This document shows, piece after piece, positions 14,929 through 21,045 of a DNA stretch of 34,833 nt. The DNA is from a virus: IMG/VR virus record IMGVR_UViG_3300027386_000003. One strand, written 5' to 3'. How positions within the stretch are numbered: the stretch's first letter is position 1; every line of letters starts with the position of its first letter. The notes beneath the pieces are model-generated. The model did not search any database, was not told the origin of the DNA, and was given only the letters and a program-made list of their open reading frames with translations. The translations under genes were made by a program, and so were the position numbers.

Positions 14929-15120
14929 ATGACCATCAGCAGATTTGACGAACTGAAAATCACCCGCCTCCCCACCGAGGAAGAGCTCAACTACAGGGAC
15001 ATAGCGGCCGCAGGAGAAGTCCTGTCCATCAATGCCCTGGAGCGATACCTGGTGGATCTGGAGAGGCGGATCAAACGTCTTGAGAAAGCCGCCGCCGAAC
15101 ACGGGCTCACGCACCGATGA
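14929..15120 (+). CDS. Hypothetical coiled-coil protein (63 aa), paralogous to 15629..15832
   Basis: ATG 14929 (MTISRFDEL...) follows the zinc-ribbon stop. Its C-terminus LERYLVDLERRIKRLEKAAAEH resembles LEALLRSVDDRIESLEKETHRE in the paralog. Confidence 0.55.
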   Translation: MTISRFDELKITRLPTEEELNYRDIAAAGEVLSINALERYLVDLERRIKRLEKAAAEHGLTHR

Positions 15121-15632
15121 ACCGCATTACCTCTGTCCGGCATATCGAGCCCTGGCTGGAGACACTGGAGCGCGTCTGCTCAAAAGGAGCGGACGCTCAG
15201 GGCCAGGGAATGGCCTGGTACTTCCGGCCTTTCGACTACGACCATATTGCCAAGTCCATTGTTATCTGCATGAACAATGAGGGACAGGAATCTGGCCATT
15301 TCTGGATCTGGAATGAAAACGGGTGCCTGTGGGGCTGCGTCATAAAGGACCTGTTTACCCCTAATTTCCGGTTTCTTCATGAGCTGCTTTTGCGGGTTGA
15401 TCCAACGGTCAAAGGAGCGACTCGTCCATTGAGAGATGAAGCGGCCCGAATTGCCGGTATGGAGTACGGGGCCAATATTCACTATGCGGTCAATGTTCAT
15501 CTGACGCGGCCCGGACTCTCCCCTGAGAAGGAATCCGAAGTGATGATCGAGAGACAGGGCTACAGCCCTCTATCCATGGTCTGGGTCAGGGGAATCAATG
15601 GAGATGCCCCACAGGAGAAATCAAGCGGATGA
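15117..15632 (+). CDS. Hypothetical protein (171 aa), possibly a GNAT-like fold
   Basis: ATGA coupling is present at both ends. LHELLLRVDPTVKGATRPLRDEAARIA...MIERQGYSPL weakly resembles GNAT motif A/B. The resemblance is not decisive. Confidence 0.6.
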   Translation: MNRITSVRHIEPWLETLERVCSKGADAQGQGMAWYFRPFDYDHIAKSIVICMNNEGQESGHFWIWNENGCLWGCVIKDLFTPNFRFLHELLLRVDPTVKGATRPLRDEAARIAGMEYGANIHYAVNVHLTRPGLSPEKESEVMIERQGYSPLSMVWVRGINGDAPQEKSSG

Positions 15633-15832
15633 ACGACCATCAGCTCTCGTTCAAAGACCGGCTTGCCTTGGCGATCCGGCTGGCCCAGAACGGAGAAACC
15701 GTTGTCAACCAGAGCCATAGTGGAAGAATGGTGCTGGACTTGAGCTGGCTGGAAGCCCTGTTGCGTTCGGTGGACGACCGAATAGAATCATTGGAAAAGG
15801 AGACTCATCGTGAACAAGAGACAAATGATTGA
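15629..15832 (+). CDS. Hypothetical coiled-coil protein (67 aa)
   Basis: ATGA overlap with the upstream gene. It is a paralog of 14929..15120. Confidence 0.55.
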   Translation: MNDHQLSFKDRLALAIRLAQNGETVVNQSHSGRMVLDLSWLEALLRSVDDRIESLEKETHREQETND

Positions 15833-16094
15833 TCGGGTGACTGGCTGGGACTGTATTGAAATGAGATTCCCAGAAAGCTACACTCTTTACGGAGTACACA
15901 CGCACACGAAGCCTCTGGATCTGGTGCGATCTGGTTTCATTCGCCGGCGAGACCGAAAGAATCTGGTTCGATTCGCTTTTGAGTTCCAGGAGAATGCCAG
16001 AAGAACCCATATTCAGCAGTCTTTGATGGCGCAGGCTCTTAAACCTTACAAGGGCTATTATGATGGGCAACTTCCAAGAATGGGGCTGTATTGA
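15810..16094 (+). CDS. Hypothetical protein (94 aa)
   Basis: A GTG start is preceded by AAGGAG with a 7-nt spacer. Confidence 0.5.
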   Translation: MNKRQMIDRVTGWDCIEMRFPESYTLYGVHTHTKPLDLVRSGFIRRRDRKNLVRFAFEFQENARRTHIQQSLMAQALKPYKGYYDGQLPRMGLY

Positions 16095-16097
16095 GAC

Positions 16098-16352
16098 ATG
16101 AAAATCCGATTCATGCAGACAGGGAACAAGGGCCGCTGGGGAGTCGTCGCCGGCCGTTCCCCTCTGCTATTCGACGGCGCTCCGGTATTCGTCCATGCGA
16201 CCCGATACGGCCCGCATCGCCGCTTCTACTGCAATTTCTGCGGGGAGTTCCAGGGACGGCGTCTGAAGGACGTGGGGAACGAGATCAGGAACCGAATATT
16301 CAAAATGAGAAAACCCAAAAAGGAGGGAAACCGTGCTATTGATTCTATCTAA
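16098..16352 (+). CDS. Hypothetical basic protein (84 aa)
   Basis: ATG 16098 lies 4 nt after the upstream stop. The C-terminus is basic. Confidence 0.5.
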   Translation: MKIRFMQTGNKGRWGVVAGRSPLLFDGAPVFVHATRYGPHRRFYCNFCGEFQGRRLKDVGNEIRNRIFKMRKPKKEGNRAIDSI

Positions 16353-16563
16353 TGCGGAGACTGGGGAGATTCTCTTGCGAATTGAGAATTATGATGGGGC
16401 TCTGCCTGCTATAGAAGATTCCTTGGTGGTGGAGAATATGTCTTTATCGGATAACGCCAGCCCGACCCAAACGGTCGCTATGTCCGCGGCTCGAGTTGTC
16501 TTTAGACAGTTTTCTATAATCAGGGGCCTTGAATCCGTACAATTAGGGCTGAAGCCTCTTTGA
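16333..16563 (+). CDS. Hypothetical protein (76 aa)
   Basis: A GTG start is preceded by AGGAGG with a 6-nt spacer. Confidence 0.5.
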   Translation: MLLILSNAETGEILLRIENYDGALPAIEDSLVVENMSLSDNASPTQTVAMSAARVVFRQFSIIRGLESVQLGLKPL

Positions 16564-16568
16564 AACCC

Positions 16569-16883
16569 ATGAGAACTTTCCTCCGCGCCAAGATTCACGG
16601 CGCAATCGTCACTGGCATTCAGCCCGACTATGAGGGGTCAATCGCGCTCGGCCCTGAACTGATGCACCAGGTCGGAATCAAGAAATACGAGCAGGTCTAT
16701 ATCTACAATCCCAGGACCGGCTCGGTGCATACCACCTATGCCCTCAAGGGAGAACCCGGCATGGTGGAGGGCAGAGGCGCTTCGGCCCGTCGCATGGAGA
16801 TCGGGGATTCCCTGATTATTTGCTGCTACGGGCAATACCCGGATGAAGGGCCTTTTCCGAAACCCAGTCAAATCGTTCTTTAG
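16569..16883 (+). CDS. panD: Aspartate 1-decarboxylase (PanD)-like pyruvoyl-dependent decarboxylase, 104 aa
   Basis: MRTFLRAKIHGAIVTGIQPDYEGSIALG aligns with E. coli PanD [29 protein letters not shown]. This covers Lys9, His11, Tyr22 and the Gly24-Ser25 self-cleavage site. The TTY (Thr57/Tyr58) and GDxxII blocks are also conserved. ATG 16569 is preferred over the TTG at 16560. Confidence 0.75.
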   Translation: MRTFLRAKIHGAIVTGIQPDYEGSIALGPELMHQVGIKKYEQVYIYNPRTGSVHTTYALKGEPGMVEGRGASARRMEIGDSLIICCYGQYPDEGPFPKPSQIVL

Positions 16884-16887
16884 GATC

Positions 16888-16961
16888 TGGTTGCGAGAGC
16901 AGGAATCGAACCTGCGGTGCTGGAACATGAAACCAGCGTGTTGCCACTACACCATCTCGCT
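16888..16961 (-). tRNA. tRNA with anticodon CAU (Met, fMet or Ile2 type) and an encoded CCA end
   Basis: The reverse complement folds as a cloverleaf. The acceptor is AGCGAGA/TCTCGCA with an A1-A72 mismatch. The D arm is GTGT-AGTGGCA-ACAC. The anticodon arm is CTGGT-TTCATGT-TCCAG. The T arm is GCAGG-TTCGATT-CCTGC. The 3' end is ACCA. Confidence 0.8.
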
Positions 16962-17108
16962 ATGAATCATTCCCCCGGCCACATCGCGTCGAATACCAGG
17001 TAGGCCAGCCACCCGGCAATCACCCCAAGGAACACCCACAATGCCGGGTCTGACGGCTCCGGAGGGATAGGGCAATGGGCCGGATTCATTTCTCAACACT
17101 ATCGCTCA

Positions 17109-17516
17109 TTAGTTTCCCGTTGAGGTCTGGGTAGTTCGTCTCCAAACCTTGGTCTCCCTCTGTGCCGCCTGTAGTGCCTGTTTTCGTGCCGCCAGCTCGT
17201 CATAAATGGCTTTTGAATACTTATTCGCATTCCTGGATTCCTTGGTTCCTATGCGCCCCTCTTTTATTAGCCTGCTTTCTATTTCTGCTATTCGCAGGCG
17301 TTCTCTGTTGAGCGCACTGGTGGACAGCTTGCCAAGGTTGCTAGTGTCGTAAGTGGGTGGCTTCGGTTTTGCGTTTGCGCCTTGCATCCTACTCCCTTTA
17401 ATATTACCTAGGCCAGTCCCTCCGCCGCCTCCGAAATATTTACGCGGGTCCTCGAACCTGGAATAATGCTGTGGCACAGCACCAGCAAGTATTTTCGCCA
17501 AAACATCGTCATTCAT
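17109..17516 (-). CDS. Hypothetical protein (135 aa) with a Gly-rich N-terminal half and a basic coiled-coil C-terminus
   Basis: ATG 17516 is preceded by GGAG with a 6-nt spacer. Confidence 0.6.
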   Translation of the reverse strand: MNDDVLAKILAGAVPQHYSRFEDPRKYFGGGGGTGLGNIKGSRMQGANAKPKPPTYDTSNLGKLSTSALNRERLRIAEIESRLIKEGRIGTKESRNANKYSKAIYDELAARKQALQAAQRETKVWRRTTQTSTGN

Positions 17517-17525
17517 ATCAGTCTC

Positions 17526-17636
17526 CTATAGCACTGCCATAGCCAGTGATCCTATTCCCGATACTAACATAATAAGGATCAGAAGAGCTCCCCAGTATTC
17601 AGCAGTACGGATTAGGAGAATGCGGAATCGGGTCAT
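17526..17636 (-). CDS. Hydrophobic micro-protein (36 aa, single TM)
   Basis: Manual translation gives MTRFRILLIRTAEYWGALLILIMLVSGIGSLAMAVL. An ATGA overlap couples it to the upstream gene. Its stop sits inside the SD of the next gene. Confidence 0.4.
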   Translation of the reverse strand: MTRFRILLIRTAEYWGALLILIMLVSGIGSLAMAVL

Positions 17637-17848
17637 TGGTATCCCTCCGGCATTTCAATCTCTGTCCAGTATTCGGGAGTGGCGGACTTGTGCTCGTGAT
17701 CCAGCCACCTTTTATCCTCCGTCCTGTAGAAAAGCACCTCGACGTGAAGTATCTGGGTTCCGTCCTTCGGAATGGGCGGGTATCTCCAGAAGCACAGATA
17801 ATTATCCGGCTCCTGCGGCGGGCTGTCCTTGACGCTTTTCCAGTTCAT
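17633..17848 (-). CDS. DUF551-like phage protein (71 aa)
   Basis: ATG 17848 forms an ATGA overlap with the upstream stop. NWKSVKDSPPQEPDNYLCFW...YWTEIEMP resembles the DUF551 pattern W.s..d.lP. Confidence 0.5.
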   Translation of the reverse strand: MNWKSVKDSPPQEPDNYLCFWRYPPIPKDGTQILHVEVLFYRTEDKRWLDHEHKSATPEYWTEIEMPEGYQ

Positions 17849-18165
17849 TTTTGGATATGCCCAAGTCCCTGGCATTTGTGGCATCGCTCCACCTCCAGAG
17901 CATCTTGCAGATACACATCAAGCCCGCCCACTCCCGTGACCTGGGCCGCCCTCAACGCGGCGATCTTGCCCTGTTTGAAGCCTCTCCGGTATGCGGCCCT
18001 CTCCGCCTCGGTCGTCTCATTATCGACATACTCACGAGTGACCATCTCCATCCAGGGGCCTATCCGTCTCAAGACTACACGAATGCGCCCATGACCGTCA
18101 GGCTTCCAGCCCGTAGCGGCCATCTGGCGAATCATCTTTCTGGACGTTACGATCAAACCTTTCAT
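17845..18165 (-). CDS. Hypothetical protein (106 aa) ending in a DnaJ-type CxxCxGxG motif
   Basis: ATG 18165 forms an ATGA overlap. The C-terminus is CHKCQGLGH. Confidence 0.55.
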   Translation of the reverse strand: MKGLIVTSRKMIRQMAATGWKPDGHGRIRVVLRRIGPWMEMVTREYVDNETTEAERAAYRRGFKQGKIAALRAAQVTGVGGLDVYLQDALEVERCHKCQGLGHIQK

Positions 18166-18371
18166 TGTTTCTGTATCAGTCTTGCGCCCTTGCACCTGGG
18201 GCAGGCATCCTTCCAATATCCAAACCCGCCGGCGAGCGTTCTTGAAATCAGGATATTTGCAAATGCAGGCACTTTGGAACCTGTCCCTTTGCAGTCAGGA
18301 CACGGTATCCGAACATCATCCGTCCGGGAGCTGGTGTAGAGATAGGGTGCGGCTGTGGAAGTGGTGATCAT
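18162..18371 (-). CDS. DnaJ-type zinc-finger mini-protein (69 aa)
   Basis: CPDCKGTGS...CPRCKGARL gives two CxxCxGxG-like motifs. ATGA overlap with the upstream gene. Confidence 0.6.
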   Translation of the reverse strand: MITTSTAAPYLYTSSRTDDVRIPCPDCKGTGSKVPAFANILISRTLAGGFGYWKDACPRCKGARLIQKQ

Positions 18372-18550
18372 TTTCTTTTTGCTCCTGTTCGGTTATATTG
18401 CCCCAGGCTTCCAAACGCCGCGTCCCACAATCTATTGGTCGGCGGAGTATGAGGATCACCTAAACACAGGTGCTTGTCCGGGTCTAGGGTTGGGTTTTTT
18501 ACTCTCCATTCCCTGACCATTTGCGGAGTCCAAGAACTCGCGTCAATCAT
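18368..18550 (-). CDS. Hypothetical protein (60 aa)
   Basis: ATGA overlap with the holin gene stop. Confidence 0.5.
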   Translation of the reverse strand: MIDASSWTPQMVREWRVKNPTLDPDKHLCLGDPHTPPTNRLWDAAFGSLGQYNRTGAKRK

Positions 18551-18960
18551 TTGACAGACTCCGACTGCACACCTTTGTATTTCTCATACGACCTCATGCC
18601 GCCCAGGCCCAGCATCGCAAAGGCCAGCGACATGAGCGCGCCGGTGTCCAGATCCGGCGTGTCCACCTCAATCCCCATTGAGTAGAGGATCAATTCTGCA
18701 AAAGGCTCAAGAAAGAACGAGTAAAAGAAGCCCAGGGCGCAAGTCCAGCCCATCGCCGGTCTCCAGCCCGCTACGAATACGGATTTGTGCTTCGCTTCCT
18801 GGAGATTGATTTCGAGCTGCCCTTCCTGGAGACGTTGTCTCAAGGTCTCCAGCTGCAATTTCGCTTCGGCTTTCTCTTTGTCGCTGGTGAACAGGTCGTC
18901 CACCAGATCAAAGCCCTTATCAATAAGGGTGCCTAGAATCGGTGCGGTAAAAAGTGCCAT
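18547..18960 (-). CDS. 3-TM holin (GTA_holin_3TM-like)
   Basis: ATG 18960 forms a TAATG overlap. KEKAEAKLQLETLRQ...VFVAGWRPAMGWTCALGFFY matches the AGWRPxxGW signature of 3-TM GTA-type holins. Confidence 0.7.
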   Translation of the reverse strand: MALFTAPILGTLIDKGFDLVDDLFTSDKEKAEAKLQLETLRQRLQEGQLEINLQEAKHKSVFVAGWRPAMGWTCALGFFYSFFLEPFAELILYSMGIEVDTPDLDTGALMSLAFAMLGLGGMRSYEKYKGVQSESVK

Positions 18961-19184
18961 TACGGCCACACCCAGATGATGGTGACGATGCCGGCGATCA
19001 CGCCCAAGAGTGAAATTCCAGCCCAGACCAGAAGCCCGGTCGGATCACCATGTTGCCAGCCCATGATCCGGCTGTTGGCCAGCCAGTCCACCAGTACATA
19101 GCCGAGCACTGCGAACAGGGCGAACACGGCCGGGCCGGACAGGATCGCGTAGACGTACTTCAAAACAACCCCCACGCGCCCCAT
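18960..19184 (-). CDS. Small membrane protein (74 aa, 2-3 TM); holin or antiholin candidate
   Basis: Hydrophobic segments are AILSGPAVFALFAVLGYVLV and LLVWAGISLLGVIAGIVTIIWVW. The gene lies in the lysis cluster. Confidence 0.5.
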   Translation of the reverse strand: MGRVGVVLKYVYAILSGPAVFALFAVLGYVLVDWLANSRIMGWQHGDPTGLLVWAGISLLGVIAGIVTIIWVWP

Positions 19185-19336
19185 ACGAGCAGCCCGTAAG
19201 CAATAAAGCCACTCGAAAACTTGGCAGCATCAGAATGGCTGGATTGTTCGGTGAGGCCCAGGACGAAAAGGGCCAGCCCAATATGCCACAGGACAACGCC
19301 TGTCCACCAGAGAATTTGAAGCGTCAGCAGTTCCAT
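19160..19336 (-). CDS. Small 2-TM membrane protein (58 aa); not in the ORF track
   Basis: Manual translation gives MELLTLQILWWTGVVLWHIGLALFVLGLTEQSSHSDAAKFSSGFIAYGLLVWGAWGLF. A TAATG overlap couples it to the DUF5675 gene stop. Confidence 0.4.
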   Translation of the reverse strand: MELLTLQILWWTGVVLWHIGLALFVLGLTEQSSHSDAAKFSSGFIAYGLLVWGAWGLF

Positions 19337-19755
19337 TATGTTGCGGCATCCTTGATTTTCAGTACAAAATTCTCACGGCGCATCAGTGCAGAAAACTCAC
19401 GCATGGCGGCCGCACTTTGCTCCACCTTGAAATGCCTGTCAGTGTGCCACTTGCCTAGCAGGACGCAACCCTTCGTGTCCCTCACCCAGTTTCCAAGATG
19501 AATCAGGATATGGGTGCGCGGCTCGGTTTCGTCATTGTCGAAATGCCAGCACCAGCCCTTGCTCGGGGATTCTGCCCAATGCAAATTGTACTCGCCCGCA
19601 GGGATACAGGACTCATTCAGTCGGTTGTCCTTCCAAGGTTGCTCCAGAGTGGCGAACTCCATATCCCTGCATCTTGGAAACGGCAGAATCAATTCGCCCG
19701 GAGTCCCTCTTTGGTCAGGGTATTCCGGCATCCTCTGCAAGATTACTACGCTCAT
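19336..19755 (-). CDS. DUF5675-like protein (139 aa); the only endolysin candidate I can see
   Basis: ATG 19755 forms an ATGA overlap. TLEQPWKDNRLNESCIPAGEYNL...THILIHLGNWVRDTKGCVLLG matches the DUF5675 pattern. Its H-x-GN...T-x-GC motif is reminiscent of YkuD L,D-transpeptidase folds. Confidence 0.55.
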   Translation of the reverse strand: MSVVILQRMPEYPDQRGTPGELILPFPRCRDMEFATLEQPWKDNRLNESCIPAGEYNLHWAESPSKGWCWHFDNDETEPRTHILIHLGNWVRDTKGCVLLGKWHTDRHFKVEQSAAAMREFSALMRRENFVLKIKDAAT

Positions 19756-19940
19756 TTCGATGTTTGCCCTCGAAGGAAGTTCAAATCTCTCTCGCATTGT
19801 ACTATTCTCGGCCAGACCTCACTGCTCATTTTATGCGCGTCCTGGGTGTTCTCCGAAACCTGCATTTGCAAAGACCCGTAGCCCACGGCCCCGCTAATCG
19901 CCGCCAGCCCAAGTCCGATCATCCAGGCTTCAATCTTCAC
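19752..19940 (-). CDS. Small N-terminally anchored membrane protein (62 aa); lysis accessory or spanin-like candidate
   Basis: A GTG start forms a GTGA overlap with the upstream stop. The TM segment is WMIGLGLAAISGAVGYGSL. Confidence 0.45.
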   Translation of the reverse strand: MKIEAWMIGLGLAAISGAVGYGSLQMQVSENTQDAHKMSSEVWPRIVQCERDLNFLRGQTSK

Positions 19941-20203
19941 CAGGGCAATCCCCAGGCCCTCAAGGCGGCCTGCACCGCCGTGTCAATCCCGAAGAGCTCG
20001 GCGAAGATCAATATGCCGACCATCCAGATAATAATCTTTATCGAAGATTCCAGCGTGTTGAATCGACTCTCACTGTCGGCATGGGCCTTCACACAGCCGA
20101 TCTCGTGCTGTCCTAGCGAGCTCTCCACTTTGTCAATCGCCCGGTGAAGCGAACCAATATCGTCCCTCAAACGATGAATCTCTGTTTGAGTCTCCGTGTC
20201 CAT
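19937..20203 (-). CDS. Tail-anchored coiled-coil membrane protein (88 aa); lysis accessory candidate
   Basis: ATG 20203 directly abuts the upstream stop. The C-terminal TM segment is IIIWMVGILIFAELFGI. Confidence 0.5.
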   Translation of the reverse strand: MDTETQTEIHRLRDDIGSLHRAIDKVESSLGQHEIGCVKAHADSESRFNTLESSIKIIIWMVGILIFAELFGIDTAVQAALRAWGLPW

Positions 20204-21043
20204 TCAGCCCTCCTGAGCTCGCTGGTGCGCCTCGGTGCGCTCTTTCGTGGTGATGTCAGGCATTCCTGCATGACGGCGTAAGGGGCGCACCCACGGCATC
20301 CTACGGCGGATTGTGCGCCGTCCTGTGTAGGTTCTCGTTGCGTCCACGATCTTGTCCATCCGGGTCGGAGGGGGCGGGGGCGGTTCGCCGCCTTCCAGCC
20401 TCCAAAGTACGTCCGCGATGCGGTCCCATGTGATTCCAAGATGCGTCAGTTCCTCCGCCTCGGCTGCCGACATGGGCGGATTCAGCGGTGAAACAGGCGG
20501 GCGGGATGCGTGGCCTCTCTTCGTCTCGACGACGCCGAGTGCGGCCAGCACACGCCGAAAGCGGTTCACGTATTCCTCGCCCTTGTCCGTGCAGGTGCAG
20601 TAGTACCGAACACGGCTCACGAGATAGGGGAACTCGCCCGGTGTCGCTTCGACTACCGGACTGTAATAGTGCTCCGGCCCGGCCATGTCGTCATAGTACG
20701 CTTCCACCCGTGCAGGCCCGTCTCCGTAGAGCTGCGCCTCTCTTGTGTCGTTCGGCTGATAATCGCCGTGATAATACCAATTTCCGCCGGGTGCCTTTTC
20801 GGACACCCAGAATCCGGCGGGCTTGAGCTGGTCGAACGTCTCCGGCGGCTCCCAAAGCAGTGTGCGTCCGATTCTCCAGACCTTCGCCGGCGGACGGCGC
20901 AGTGCCTTGATACGCGCTCGCTCGGCTTCCTTGTCCAGCCCTTTCCGGCGGGATTCCTCCTGCATCCGGGCTTCCTGGTCTGCCATGAACTTCGCCCGCC
21001 ATGCTTTCAGGCGGGCGATCTGGCGCTTCATCGCTTCGGTCAT
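20204..21043 (-). CDS. Hypothetical protein (279 aa) of the GC-rich cassette, containing a PPPPPP tract
   Basis: ATG 21043 is preceded by GAGGGA with a 6-nt spacer, 2 nt after the upstream stop. I recognised no family. Confidence 0.6.
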   Translation of the reverse strand: MTEAMKRQIARLKAWRAKFMADQEARMQEESRRKGLDKEAERARIKALRRPPAKVWRIGRTLLWEPPETFDQLKPAGFWVSEKAPGGNWYYHGDYQPNDTREAQLYGDGPARVEAYYDDMAGPEHYYSPVVEATPGEFPYLVSRVRYYCTCTDKGEEYVNRFRRVLAALGVVETKRGHASRPPVSPLNPPMSAAEAEELTHLGITWDRIADVLWRLEGGEPPPPPPTRMDKIVDATRTYTGRRTIRRRMPWVRPLRRHAGMPDITTKERTEAHQRAQEG

Positions 21044-21045
21044 TT

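Noticed and set aside
15117-15632. Confident GNAT assignment for the 171-aa early protein
   Set aside because: Only a loose resemblance to GNAT motifs A and B can be seen by eye. It is reported as hypothetical with a possible GNAT-like fold.
16967-17089. 40-aa hydrophobic ORF between the tRNA and the 135-aa gene
   Set aside because: It has only a weak SD and no stop/start coupling. It is kept as a mention in the micro-ORF finding rather than as a feature.
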